Shown here: positions 29,585 to 43,331 of the stretch, piece after piece
How the letters are laid out: the number at the start of each line of letters is the position of its first letter
Numbering within the stretch: the stretch's first letter is position 1
NCBI RefSeq assembly: GCF_001194135.2
Contig: NC_069001.1
Span: forward strand, 313,179 to 377,178
Direction: 5' to 3'
DNA length: 64,000 bases
Source: Octopus bimaculoides
Lineage: Eukaryota
Program-made: the position numbers and the translations under genes
The notes under the pieces: generated by a model
Seen by the model: only the letters and a program-made list of their open reading frames with translations
The model's database searches: none
Told to the model about the DNA's origin: nothing

Positions 29585-29830
29585 TCATCATCTTAATTGT
29601 TTAAACATCCACTTTTCCATGCTAGTATGGGTAGGACAAAACTCATTGGGGCAGATTTTCTATGGCCAGATGCCCCTCTTTGTCCTCAATCTTTTACTTG
29701 TTTCTGAGTAAATTGATATTTGCTTCTGAGTGGACATGTTTTCATGAAATATCGGAAACTAAGGACCCTGTTTGTACGTCTGTGACACTTCATTACAACT
29801 AATATGAAATGTCAAGAAAATACTCTCCCC
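29585..29830 (-). mobile_element. Short element with RTE-type tail (family D)
   Basis: catcatc...ttttccatgctagtatggg...ggccagatgccc; body shared with 39470-39660. Confidence 0.6.
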
Positions 29831-31161
29831 AACACATACACACATAATAAAATGTATAAGTATGTATATTCATAATTTTGTGTCTCCATTTTTATATGCA
29901 GTGAGAACAACTTAGAAGAGAAATTGAGTGAAAATTCCTTGAACATGTATTTGTTTGTGTATTTAATGATATTTATAAAATAATAATCAAAATATCAATA
30001 CACTATTTATGTGATGCCACTGTATGCTGCCAACTCACAAAAAAAAAAAAAAAGAAAGTTTTTTTAATCATAACTGGACTTCCTACTTGAAGTCCCACTG
30101 GGCTTCCATATTTTTACTTCCTTTCTTGTTCACTTTGTATATTTGCACAATAAACATTTTCTTGAAAAAAATTTTAAAAATAAAAATAGGAAATGAAAAA
30201 CAGGAATCCCACATATTCTATTCAATCCTAGTTTACTCATCACCTAAAAGAATCAATTTTAAGCTGAATAACCTACTGAGTATGAAGCTGATAGATTTTA
30301 ATGTTCATAGGACTGCCTGTGTGCTACATACATGTGTAGAAACATAGTCGTAAATGCATAAATTATACATGCATACTTACATTTGTACATACATATATAT
30401 ACAAACATACTGGTGCACGTACATATTTATATAGACACACAATATTACACAGACACGTGTATGCTTAAATGTAGAGACATACATTCATACTGACATATAT
30501 GCCTACATATTGTCTGAAGAAAGAGAAAGAGAGAGAGAGAGAGGCACATAGATGCAAGCATCCAAACATGAGACCAGACAAGGCATCACATGGAAGTAAA
30601 AGACAGAGACAGACCGGCAGTTGGACAAACATGTGAAAAGATATCCATATTGGTTGAAATATGTGTGTGTGTGTGTGTGTGAATTGTTGTTGTTGTTGAC
30701 AACAGACAATACTCCTAATAGGAAGATAAGAAATATGTAACTAACAAAATGTCTGCCGTGTTTAGGTGAGAGGGTGTCGGAGAATGGAGGGGGGGAGGTG
30801 CATTATGCAGAGAGGTGAGAGGTCGGGGAAGTTCATGGATTATATGCTGTAACAGCACTTACAGGCAGAGGTCATATTTGAAGATCTATACACATATATA
30901 CATACATGGCTCATTATTGTTATTATATAGAGCTATTTCTAGCATCTGGAAAAGAAAATTTATATGTGTGCATAGATGTGGGGGGGGGGGGGTGCATGCG
31001 TGTGTTTGTGTCTATGTATGTATAGATATATAAATAAATATATATTTATATATTTGCATGTTTATAAAACTGTGAGAGAAAGAAAATGAAATTCATGAGA
31101 CTCTCTTTATTCACTTAGGATTGTTTCACCCCATCATCATATGCAGCAGTCCCTTACAGGT

Positions 31162-31343
31162 GAGACGCTGTACAATTGTAGGGGCATCATAAGTACAGAT
31201 GCGTCTCCTCAGGTGATTTGTCAAAAGGTAGCTTGTTTTTTTACAATTCAGCCAAATGGCAAATAAGAAACAAGGTACGTTTCAACAGGTCGCCTAAGGA
31301 GATACATCTGCACCTACGATGCATCACAGTTGTACACAGTTTC
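31162..31343. repeat. Imperfect ~180-bp palindrome (fold-back)
   Basis: Arm 31162-31243 aligns to the reverse complement of 31264-31343, mostly with transition differences. Confidence 0.85.
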
Positions 31344-31814
31344 CATGAATGCATGGCACAACAAAGAATGGCAATAGGAAGCTGAGAGAAATGACAGAAT
31401 GAAGTCATAAGTTTGTATTATGTATTGAGTACTTTTTCCATCTTGTTTGCAAATCGAAAATTACTATCACTCACAATCAATTTAGTAATTCATTAAATAG
31501 TTAACTAATTAACAAATAATAAAGAAATGAATTTAACCAGTGTGTGTACTCATTATTGGCAAAATGACCCTCCCAAGATAAAAACAAAAACAATTGGTAA
31601 TCTGTGCTCAGAATATAATATTTTGCTTATATCCCAGCAAGGCTTAAACTTGGTTCATTTTTTTACTTCTTTCACAGTGACTTTTATCATAGCTCTAATT
31701 ATTAATTCGTTATTGAGTACTTAGTGACAAAATACTGTTTAGACAAATTAGATCTGCCCTGTGATACACATGTGTATCTATTTACCACATATGTGTGTGT
31801 ATAAGCCTGTATAC

Positions 31815-31846
<32 letters not shown>

Positions 31847-32301
31847 ATAAGAGTGAAAAAACTACAGAAGGCTTGTGTTACTTGGTTAAAGTATATATTT
31901 AAATTATGTCAGAAAAATGTTAGAAAAATGTTAGAAAAATGTTAGAAAATCTTTTTGGTATATAAACATTGTATTTTGAGAAATAACCGGTTTTGTGTTG
32001 TCTTTTCAAATTTCTCTACTTCATAGACACACACACACACACACACACNNNNNNNNNNNNNNNNNNNNNNNNNNNNNNNNNNNNNNNNNNNNNNNNNNNN
32101 NNNNNNNNNNNNNNNNNNNNNNNNNNNNNNNNNNNNNNNNNNNNNNNNNNNNNNNNNNNNNNNNNNNNNNNNNNNNNNNNNNNNNNNNNNNNNNNNNNNN
32201 NNNNNNNNNNNNNNNNNNNNNNNNNNNNNNNNNNNNNNNNNNNNNNNNNNNNNNNNNNNNNNNNNNNNNNNNNNNNNNNNNNNNNNNNNNNNNNNNNNNN
32301 N

Positions 32302-32354
<53 letters not shown>

Positions 32355-32847
32355 CACATATATATAATCCAAATCTTTAAAGATCAGTTACAATTGTTTC
32401 TGTACCACTCTATTTATATCACCATTATATGCAAAAGTTACATAATATTTGTAGTTCTAAACATTAGGTGTGGCACTTCATCAGATTTGCATCAAAAGGT
32501 TCACTGTGTACAGGTATATATAAATAATACATTTTAAATATTTAGAAAATATGACTATCAAGATTGTATCCATATAGTGCCAGTTGTATACACACGTGTG
32601 TGCGTGTGACAACTGAGCCAGATATATCTTTATATATAACACAGACATGCATTATAACTTGGCTGCATTTTCTTCATATTTAAAGCACATGTACTTTTGC
32701 ATTTCTTTCTTACTGTTTCATTAGTTATTATTTTCACTAATTTATTTCATCAAAATGGTTTTGTTATTAAAAATGTTCACCTTATATTCATAAACTTATT
32801 TATTCAATTTTATGTTTTTAAATATCTTCTTGTTATATAAATATCTG

Positions 32848-32887
<40 letters not shown>

Positions 32888-34094
32888 CTGTAACAGACTT
32901 GCATCTATTTAAAATGCAATCGTAAACAGACTCCGAGGCACAGTCACCAAATAGCTGTGAATATTAAAAGCAGGCAAATATGGGGAATGCTATTGGATGT
33001 ATGTGTGCATGGGGTGTGTCTCTCCATCATCTCATCACCACATATGGATGTTTAAATATTCAATCACCAAAGAGAGTAGCTGTGTGTTTAAATATTCGAT
33101 GGAAGCAAAGGATGAAATCAGAAGAATAGAAAAAGAGAGAGAGAGAGTTTGTGTGTGTGTGTGTGTGTNNNNNNNNNNNNNNNNNNNNNNNNNNNNNNNN
33201 NNNNNNNNNNNNNNNNNNNNNNNNNNNNNNNNNNNNNNNNNNNNNNNNNNNNNNNNNNNNNNNNNNNNNNNNNNNNNNNATTACACTGGAGTGGAATAGC
33301 AGGCAGCGGAGAGAAATATTGTACGGTTTGAGTGGGTGGAAAGCGATGGAGTTGTGAAAGGAAGCTGGAGGGTGAAGTGGCAGAGGCGATTGTAGTGGTG
33401 GTGGTGGTGGTGGTGGTGGTGGTGGGCACAGACAACAACAGTAGTGGACACATTAGGATCAAGATAATTAACCTCATTCAACTGTCTTACAAATCCTGCA
33501 GTTCTTCCCACCAGCACCTCCCTCCATCACCAAACCATTTCTTGTCATTGATAAAGTTTGAATTTTGAACACATTGCCTAACAAAAGAGATTCTGCAAGC
33601 AGACCCCTTTGACAACAAAATAATAACAATAAAATCTTCATACATAATTTCACACACACACAGACACGGTGAATTGTGGGGTGGAATTCTGACCCTCCCC
33701 CTCTCTCTCTCCCTCAAAGTGGGAGGGAAGGAAAGAAAGAGTGCATAGTCTCTATTTTTGCTCTCTTTGCCATCTATTGTGTCCCCTCATATGTATTTTC
33801 CCCCTCTCTTCCCCCTCCATCTTTATTCTTCAGGGTAAAACACTGCCCCTTGTCACATGACACACACTTTTAGCAATTGCTTTTTATATTATTTTAATAT
33901 TATTTTATATTTCTATCTTTTTTTTTAATTATTTCACAGTAACACACCCAGGTAAAACATCACAACGGTATTTAAATTTTTTCTTTTTAAATTCAAGGAG
34001 GAATTCCTCAGGTTTACGGCTTGTTATCTTCTTTTTTTCTTCCGCTCTTGTTTATATATGGGATGGGGTGTAAATGTTGATTATTGCTGTTGTT

Positions 34095-34410
34095 TATATT
34101 CTGAGATCAAATCCTGCTGAGGTCAGCTTTACCTTTTTAAAGTACCAGCCAGGAACTGAAGTCGATGGTATTGACTAACTCCCCCTCCCCTCAAATTTTT
34201 AGCAAATTTTACTTCAATTAGAAATAATCACTATTATTGTTATTAGCAAAGTAGCAAACTGGCAGAATTGTTAGTTTGCTGGACAAAATGTCTGGCAGCA
34301 TTTCTGCTAGTTTTTTACGTTCTGAGTTCAAATGCCATTGAAGTAGACTTTGCCTTTTGAACTCTCAAGGTCAATAAAATGAAGTACCAGTGAAGTACTG
34401 GGGTCGTTGT
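34095..34410 (+). mobile_element. Two adjacent SINE family A copies
   Basis: Two B-box+core units (34095-34235 and 34250-34410); the second retains the head ctggcagaattgttag. Confidence 0.75.
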
Positions 34411-34584
34411 CGTTCACTGTCTTTTCTTCAGTTGTTATTCTTGTACTAGAATTTGAAGCAATTACTTGTGTTGTTTGTGTCCATATTTCTTTCTCTCTCT
34501 CTTTTTCAAAGGAAGAGTCAGCCCTGGAATACCTGATTCCTCTTTTACGTATGACATAAGAACATGTCCAAACTCACAAACTTC

Positions 34585-34870
34585 ATCATCATCATTTAGT
34601 GTCTGCTTTCCATACTGACATGGGTTAAACGGTTTGACCAAAAATGGCAAACTGGAGAGCTGCATCAGGTTCTAGTCTGATTCGTCACAGTTTCTATGGC
34701 TGGATGCCCTTCCTAATGCCAACCATTCTGAGAGTGTAATGAATGCCTTTTACATGTCACCAGCACATGGTTGTCATTCACATAACACTGGCAATAGTTA
34801 TGACTATGGTTCTGTTTGACTGGACGAGTCTCTTCAAGCACAGCATATTGCCATGGTCTCAGTCGCATAT
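34585..34870 (-). mobile_element. RTE LINE 3' end fragment
   Basis: Reverse-complement homologue of 51720-52015 including the (GAT)n tail. Confidence 0.8.
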
Positions 34871-34964
34871 AATATTTCCTAATGCAGACCACCACCACTA
34901 GTTTCCTTGAATTCCATGTCCATCCCTTTATATTGTGAGGTGAAATACTGTCATAGCTAATTAT

Positions 34965-35335
34965 ACCTTTTATTCTTCCAGGATCAATAAAATAAGTCCC
35001 ACTCAAACACCCAAAATCAATCAAATTGATTACACCACCACTATCGCCCAAACTTGTGTCTTTCATCCTACAAAAATCAATAGAATATGTATCAGTCAAA
35101 CACTGGGATTGTATAGATTGATTATATCATCTCGACACCCAAACTTGTGTCTTTTATTCTTCCAAGATCAATAAAATATGTACTAGTCAAGCACTAAGAT
35201 CAATTAAACCGACTATGCCACCCTTTTTACCCTCAAACTTATGTCTTTGATCTTTCCATGATCAATAAAATGTGTACCAGTTAAGAACAAAGATTAGCTT
35301 TTGCCCAGATTTGTATCATGTGCCAAAGTTAGAAT
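34965..35335 (+). repeat. Four degenerate ~90-bp tandem units derived from the SINE family A core
   Basis: aactt(g/a)tgtcttt...tcaata(a/g)aatatgta..agt units starting at ~35051, 35142 and 35236, plus a partial unit at ~34967. Confidence 0.75.
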
Positions 35336-35689
35336 TCTGAACAGTTGTTATTGCTTGTAGATTTGGATATCAGGAAGAGCTGATTCTCATGGCCGAGAAG
35401 AGTAGACAGTTTTTCTCAATCCACTGGCTAGGCAGAAAGAGGTTATGTGATGGACAAGATCGAAACGAGAGAGAGGACAAACAATTCTCCCTTTGGCGAA
35501 ACCTTTATCAGCTTCTTAAATCTCTAGAGTGGGTGTCGTTTGTGTGTTTGTATGAATATGTTGTTGTTATTTATGTCAGGCCAACCTTGAATTAGCAGCC
35601 CTCATTCCTACACCCACCTACACACATACTTGCATTTGTATGTAGAAGCATATTATTAAGTGTATGCATGTATATATGTTCAATGCCTC

Positions 35690-35880
35690 AAGTGAGCAAT
35701 GCTCTGGTCAGTTTGCACTGGTCAGCCCATCCCTTTCTCACGCATTTATACATTATACAACTAAAATTACATTATCAAATTAGTTTCAGTGATTTTTCCA
35801 ACACTGCAGTGTAATTTGAGAGAGATATGGCTGCTATCTCCTGCAGTTCGTGTGACCACTAAAAGGCTCCACATTAGCTC
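35690..35880 (+). mobile_element. Repeat family E copy
   Basis: gtgtaatttgagagagatatggctgctatctcc core. Confidence 0.6.
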
Positions 35881-36201
35881 ATTCAATATGTATATGTGCG
35901 TGTGTGTGTGTGCATGCATGCATGTGTGTGTGTGTGTGTATCTTCATACCTGTGTATGCGTATAAGAGATAGAAATGAATACATGTGAAAGTGTATATTT
36001 ATCTATGTATTTGTCTGTTTGCATGAAGCTAGCTCAGGTTACCTCGTCTTTCCCAAGTATATAAGTGAGTGGAAAACAGACATGTGTATATACGTGTGCG
36101 GATATATATGTGTGTTTGTACAGGAGTGTTTCTACAACTTCATGTTTGAGGAGTGTGTGACATATTAGATGAAGATGTCTCATATGTGTTCNNNNNNNNN
36201 N

Positions 36202-36214
36202 GCTCTTCCGATCT
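36202..36214 (+). other. Illumina adapter remnant (assembly artefact)
   Basis: GCTCTTCCGATCT, the 3' end of TruSeq/paired-end adapters, sits exactly at the contig edge after an N run. Confidence 0.85.
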
Positions 36215-36720
36215 TGTTAAGTGTACTGAGAAAACCCTCGATTACGTTAGACAACAGGAGAAACCTTATATTTCCAATGGTGTCAGAAGGGAGTTGAACT
36301 TAACACGAGAACCGTATCCAAGAAATAAAGTCGTGTTTGACTACAGGAAACAAATACCTATACTTTACAAATTGACAACCATACACACACAGTTTCATAC
36401 ACACACACACACACAGTTTCATACACACACACACACATCTACATTGGGCCATGTGTACACATACATAAGAATATTCACACAACACCACACATATAATCAG
36501 TGTGTCACAAACAATTCGGTTTCATTTACCTAATCTAAAAATATTTACGTTTTCATGACATATGCCATATGTGTGTACACGTGTGTGTACACGTGTGTGT
36601 GTGTTCGTGCGTGTGTGTCTGTGTATGTATACACACATCAATAGATAAATCTTAATGAAAAGGAACTTATATAAATCCATATAATGTCTACAACATTCTC
36701 TCTCTGTTTCTATCTATTTA

Positions 36721-36834
<114 letters not shown>

Positions 36835-39271
36835 GTGAGAGAGAGATTGGGAGAGGGAGAGATAACTAGATTGATATATAGATATGTATGTATATATATA
36901 ATGTATTTCTATATATGTGTGTGTGTGTCTCATCACAGCACTTAGAACTGTTTCACCTCAACTGGCCCTGTTCACTTTAACATCACACAAAAACACACAA
37001 GAGAAGAAAAAGAACTCATAACATTGAAACAGTTGTTGAATTAATGCCTCCAACATATTTTTGAGAAACCACCTGTGTCCACATATATCTCAGCAAACAA
37101 GAACTCTTTACTTCAATGGGTTATAAGTGACCAACCTATGACTGCAATACGAAGCAGGACAAAAATTTCATTTCCATTTGGTGTCATTAAATCATGGGCC
37201 AACTCTGGCTGAAACCTAAGTTTATATAATAAACTAAAGATGGACAAACGGTTGTGGCCTGGAGCCTTCTGGGTTTCCTCTCTCATTGTTTGACTCTGGA
37301 TTTAGATATTTGATCCCGTCTAAGCACTGATTTCTTGCTATTTATTAATTGTATTTTCATAGGTTTTTAACCATTACATACACACACACACACAATGTTG
37401 CATGCATTTGTGGTTCTGACCGACCAATCATCTGTTCACTCTCGCATAATTATGTACATACATTCAAGTATAGAAACATGAATGTGTATACATATGTGCA
37501 TGTATGCATGTAGGTGTGCATTTGTAAATCCATGCACACAAATATACATACATAGATGCAGATATATATATNNNNNNNNNNNNNNNNNNNNNNNNNNNNN
37601 NNNNNNNNNNNNNNNNNNNNNNNNNNNNNNNNNNNNNNNNNNNNNNNNNNNNNNNNNNNNNNNNNNNNNNNNNNNNNNNNNNNNNNNNNNNNNNNNNNNN
37701 NNNNNNNNNNNNNNNNNNNNNNNNNNNNNNNNNNNNNNNNNNNNNNNNNNNNNNNNNNNNNNNNNNNNNNNNNNNNNNNNNNNNNNNNNNNNNNNNNNNN
37801 NNNNNNNNNNNNNNNNNNNNNNNNNNNNNNNNNNNNNNNNNNNNNNNNNNNNNNNNNNNNNNNNNNNNNNNNNNNNNNNNNNNNNNNNNNNNNNNNNNNN
37901 NNNNNNNNNNNNNNNNNNNNNNNNNNNNNNNNNNNNNNNNNNNNNNNNNNNNNNNNNNNNNNNNNNNNNNNNNNNNNNNNNNNNNNNNNNNNNNNNNNNN
38001 NNNNNNNNNNNNNNNNNNNNNNNNNNNNNNNNNNNNNNNNNNNNNNNNNNNNNNNNNNNNNNNNNNNNNNNNNNNNNNNNNNNNNNNNNNNNNNNNNNNN
38101 NNNNNNNNNNNNNNNNNNNNNNNNNNNNNNNNNNNNNNNNNATTTATATATCTGCTATGTGTTTAGAATGTGAGGTTTCATAACATTTAAAGAACTGTGC
38201 AGATTTCAAGAAATTAAAATAATATTTTTCCACCAAGTCATTTCAAGATTTTTCTAATGAACGCCATTTCATTTGCTGCTTTCTAATTGATGTATGGAAA
38301 TCAAAATAAATGTTTGTATAATTAATCAGTATATTTGCTCATTGGCTTGAATATGTTTTCCGGAAATTTTTGAAACATTAACTAAAAGTTCACATCTCAT
38401 GAGATTTGAAACATAAATTGTGAGGTCGCATTCTCTTGAAATTTTACTCCTTGATTGAAACTGACAGTAGTGGTAGGAGTGTGTGTATGTGTGTGTGTGT
38501 GTGTGTGTGTACATGTGTACACAAACATGTGTACATAAACGTGTGTACATGTTTGTGTATTGAGTAAAATGGTCAAAGATGTCTATATATATATATACTC
38601 ACACATACAGCTATTCTCATACCTACACTAACACACACAAAACACTCTCACACATGCACACACACAAACAAACTTATATGTTGATTATGTAGATATGTAT
38701 ATATATGTATATGCCTATACAATGTATAAATACATATGTATGTATTATGTGTGTGTGTGTGTGTCTGTACACACACACATATATATATGCAGTATATACA
38801 TATCTAATTATATTATATAAACAAATTATTTTGTACTTATACTCACGCACCCACATTTACATAGAAGCATATAGGAACAATGCCTGTCTGAATATAAACG
38901 TTTGCAAGTTTGTACATGCGTGCGTGAGACAAACATATACTCTATGTTTATATACATCTACAGTATATATATATATATAATGTGTGTGTGTGTGTGTGTG
39001 TGTAGATCTACAGCAACATACAAAACAAAGATTACAAAACACTGATGATAATCTACACTGAGTTTTGATGTTCTACAGTTACATATTGAAGACACACAGA
39101 CGAAAAGGTGCTACAAGGTTTCACCTGTCAGTGCATTTAATATCACTTTCCAAATACCTGAAATGATGTTTATTACATACCTAGCTTTAGATAACTGTAA
39201 AGTGAGAGCTATCATAGCAATCAAATTTATATAGCATAAACATTAATATTTGTTAATGGTGTCAAGTACAA

Positions 39272-39316
<45 letters not shown>

Positions 39317-39469
39317 TTAGAGATGGTTGTAAAAATAAAAACCTAAGTATATCTAAGTTTTTTATACACACACACATGCACTTGTGTGTGCGTGTGCATG
39401 CATTTGTGTGTGTGTATGCATGTATCCTCTTTCTCTTCATTATTATTATCATCATTGTTTCAATGTTTA

Positions 39470-39790
39470 CTTTTCCATGTTAGCATGAAACAGTCAGGAA
39501 TTAGTTGGAGCAGAGTTTTTACAGCTGGATGCCTTTCCTGGTGCCAACCATCACCTGTTTCCAAGCAAGGCAATGATCTCCCAACCTGTCAAACAACAAT
39601 CAGTAAAGACATAGTTTTGTGGAGACAAACAACCTTGACACTTATATTTATGTAATATATACATTACCTTACTTGGGGAAAAAAGTGAAGGTTGCCATGA
39701 CAACGGGCATCCAGCTGCAGAACAGCCACCTGAACAAAAGTTTGTCCAACCCATACGAGCATCAAAAAGTGCATTTTAAAGCAATAACGA
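39470..39790. mobile_element. Two RTE-tailed family D copies in inverted orientation
   Basis: 39470-39575 is reverse-complement homologous to 39667-39770. Confidence 0.65.
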
Positions 39791-39878
39791 TGATATATAC
39801 ACACTTATAATATATTTTTACAGTACATATGTATTTATAATATCTATAAACACGTGTCTGCATGTGTATACATTTATA

Positions 39879-39926
<48 letters not shown>

Positions 39927-40576
39927 TAGATAGATACACACACACACATATATATAATGTATTAACACCCATACATACGCATATATATCATACATATTAC
40001 TTAAATATGTGTAAGATAGACAAAGAAAAGTGAGATAAAATATATTAGGGCGTACTTTTAAGACAAAATGATGAAAATCAAATTTACACTTATCTGTGTT
40101 GTTAGTGTGTTACAGTAAATAGTAACGTGTCTCCATATGAGATATAAATAATCAAAAAGTGGTAAGTGAAACAATCTCTCTCTCTCTCTCCCTCTCTCTC
40201 TCTCTCCCTCTCTATTCCTTGCAAAATTTCTGTCTATCCGCAAATGCATGTGAATGTGCATGCACACAGACATGCAATGCTTGGAGTGTTTTACAACAGA
40301 ATCGCATGTGGTGGACCATAACCTAAATTAAAATTAGAGGAACAAAAGAAAATGATAGGAAGACAAAGAAACAAAGCAAAAATAATTAAAAGAAAGAAAC
40401 AGCTGTAGAAATAAACAGAGAAATAATAAAGAAACAACAGAAGAACACAGAAATAAGATTATGGACACAAAGCACCGAATTTTAAGAAATATTTTATGTA
40501 TCTATATATATATATGTAATATGTGTGAAGGGTTGTGTGTATATATTAATACATGTATATATATTAAGTACACATC

Positions 40577-40621
<45 letters not shown>

Positions 40622-40909
40622 GCACACACACACACATCTATCTTTATTTATCACAGGTGTTTGCTTTAAAGATACCATGTTAAATGAATCAGTCATAAAT
40701 AAATAATAGGACATAAAGGGAAAATAGGTTTTCTATTGTTGTTCTGAATGTTGTGGATGGTCAGTGGGGCATGCTTTTGTGGTCCAGGCAAACCCTTTCA
40801 CTCATTGTCAATGTATGTTATCACAGATCAATTTGTGACAAGTGTAACACGATCCACAATGAACATACCATGTTATCCTGGATCAGTGGAGATTATCATA
40901 TCCACTCAC

Positions 40910-40940
40910 CTATGTATTTTATCCAACCCTCTTTGTCAAA
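40910..40940 (-). CDS. Candidate 31-nt internal exon (FDKEGWIKYI), unidentified gene
   Basis: ctaac branch-like motif + ttgcag acceptor, consensus AG|GTGAGT donor, one open frame; no homology recognised. Confidence 0.2.
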
Positions 40941-41199
40941 CTGCAACGTTAGACAACATAAAGGGCACAGCATAAATTACACTAGTCTCCAGGCCATTGC
41001 AGTCATAAACTCATACAAAATTACACACAGATGCACACACATACATTTGACCACTGTGTTGTGGGATTGAACTTAGAATCATATAATTGCAAAATGAACT
41101 TCTTAACCTCACAGGCCATGTCTCCACATACATATGTTCATGTGTCTACATGTGTATGTGCATGTTTGTTTGCAGAGTTGGGTTGTGTGTGTGTATGTA

Positions 41200-41275
<76 letters not shown>

Positions 41276-42539
41276 TGTATGTATGTACGTTCATGGGTTG
41301 ACTACAAAATTGGTAGATCAGCAAGTCTTGCAGTATTTGGGAATACTTCCTGTTCTGAGTTCAATTCTTCTCATAAAGTCAATAAAAAAATAAAAGTAGC
41401 CCTTAATAAAAAAATTACTGGGTTTGATGTCATTGGCTATTCTCAAGAAGTCATAGCTCCAGCATGGTCACAGCCCAATGACTAAAACCAGAAATATATG
41501 TGTATGTGTGTGTGTGTGTTTGTATGTGTGTGTATGCAGATATATATGTATGTGTATATATACAAGTATATATGTGTGTGTTTGTGTGTGAGTATATATC
41601 TATACACACACACATACATCTGTCAAGGAACACACACACCCCAAGTACATCGACATATATTATATATAAATTTATCCCCCACATCAAAGGAGATTAAAAG
41701 ATTAAGCAATGATAAATTGTCACTGCAATAAAAAGCTAATCCACAACCCACAACTGTTGTGCTGCATATAATAAATCCACCGGCAATGCTGTTTAGCCAG
41801 AATGCTGGAAATATGTCGATAGCACAGCTATTGATAGTTTAGCGCCAGTACAGTCCTCTGGATACCATTCCATTGCAATTGAATAATCTTGCTAGACTTT
41901 GCTAGGTTTTTTTTTTCTTTTTCTGTTTTGTTAACATATTTTTTTTACTTTTTTGTTTTCTCTTTTTATCTATTGGCGTGCAAGATAATTATAGGCAGAG
42001 TTCTTCTCTTCTCAGAATGGTTTGTCTTGTTAAAGATAACCTCAGTCAGACATTGCAGTTTCTGTTTGTTCCTATACAGGCATGTACACACATATGTATG
42101 TGTGTGTGTGCATGTATATATGTACACACACACACAAATGTGCATGATGTATATATACATGTGTGTATGTGTGCATATATTTATTTATTTTTGGCAAACG
42201 ACCACAGCTGAATATCTGATGAACATCATTGTCCAGAGTAGAATTACACTTCCCTTGGTCAGCTTTGTTTCAGTCTTGCATTCGAAGACTCCAAGACTTG
42301 TGGTGTGGAGGAGGGGGAAGGAAAGCAAATGTTATTTTATTGAAGTTTGATTAAGAGAAAATAGAGATTCTCTGAAATACCAGAGCAATGCTTCCTGAGC
42401 AGTTATACCACAGCACATATTGAAATGCCGTGCGAGTTAGGTGGGGCGGAGGGGTGGTTGGGCGTGGCTACAAAAATAATAAATTATATTTTTGAAAAAA
42501 TGTGGAAATTACAAACTGAAATACTATTCCTTTCTTTTG

Positions 42540-42830
42540 CTTCTTGTTCCAGTCACTGGACTTTGGTCATAAAAGAGACTTGCTTAGTCAAGTCAAACCC
42601 TGATAAGTTTTTAAAAAAACCCAGCATCGTTTGTCAAGCGATGGTGGGTGGACAAAGACAGACACACAAACATATGCATATGTTTCTGTCTACCAAATCT
42701 ACTCACAAGGGTTTGGACGGCCTGAGGCTATAGTAGAAGACACTTGGCCAAGGTGACACACAGTGGGACTGAACCAGGAACTATGTGGTTGGTACACAGG
42801 CTTCTTACTACACAGCCACTCTTGCACCTA
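42540..42830 (-). mobile_element. Near full-length SINE family B
   Basis: Reverse strand: tggctgtgtagtaagaag A-box, ggttcagtccc B-box, ccttggccaagtgtcttctactatagcc core, tail. Confidence 0.85.
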
Positions 42831-42896
42831 CATATATATATATATACAATTAAAGGGGTAAAGGTTTAAAGCAACTGTTGCTGATCCCTTAATTAT

Positions 42897-42944
<48 letters not shown>

Positions 42945-42947
<3 letters not shown>

Positions 42948-43030
42948 AGTCATGTACTGAGGTTGATATAATTAAGCAACCGCCTCCCACGAAATTGCTG
43001 GCCATGTGCCAAAATTTGAAGCAATTATTG
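42945..43030 (+). mobile_element. SINE family A 3' tail
   Basis: accagtcatgtactg...aaattgctggccatgtgccaaaatttgaa. Confidence 0.65.
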
Positions 43031-43185
43031 TCATTTTTTTTCCTACCTTTTAATTTTTTTCCTTTAATATTTATTGATTTGCAGTTTCCTTTTGGACATT
43101 TTAAAATACCCCCCTGCCCTTTAATTTAGCAAAACCAACTACCTCATTCTCTCTACCTGCCACTATTCTCTTCAGAGTCACAGCT

Positions 43186-43331
43186 TCACTTGATACACAG
43201 TTGTAAAACAAATTCTCTGATGTCTGCTTCAGAAACTATTCCCACTGAATTGCATCTATTGGACTGCTGTCTTCCATTTGGTTGTGGAGCAGCAACTGCC
43301 TTAATTGACGAATCACCTACTTTACCAGTTC
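43186..43331 (-). CDS. Candidate coding exon (xTGKVGDSSIKAVAAPQPNGRQQSNRCNSVGIVSEADIREFVLQLCIK*), unidentified
   Basis: Long polypyrimidine tract + gcaag acceptor; only one frame is open, for 47 codons; non-repetitive, higher GC; no homology recognised. Confidence 0.3.

Noticed and set aside
39691-39704. RFX X-box-like palindrome GTTGCCATGACAAC
   Set aside because: Lies inside a decayed RTE-tail repeat and is explicable by drift from the repeat consensus
43190-43240. Resemblance of SEADIREFVLQLCIK to PP1 TENEIRGLCLK
   Set aside because: Needs a 4-residue insertion and none of the flanking phosphatase motifs are present
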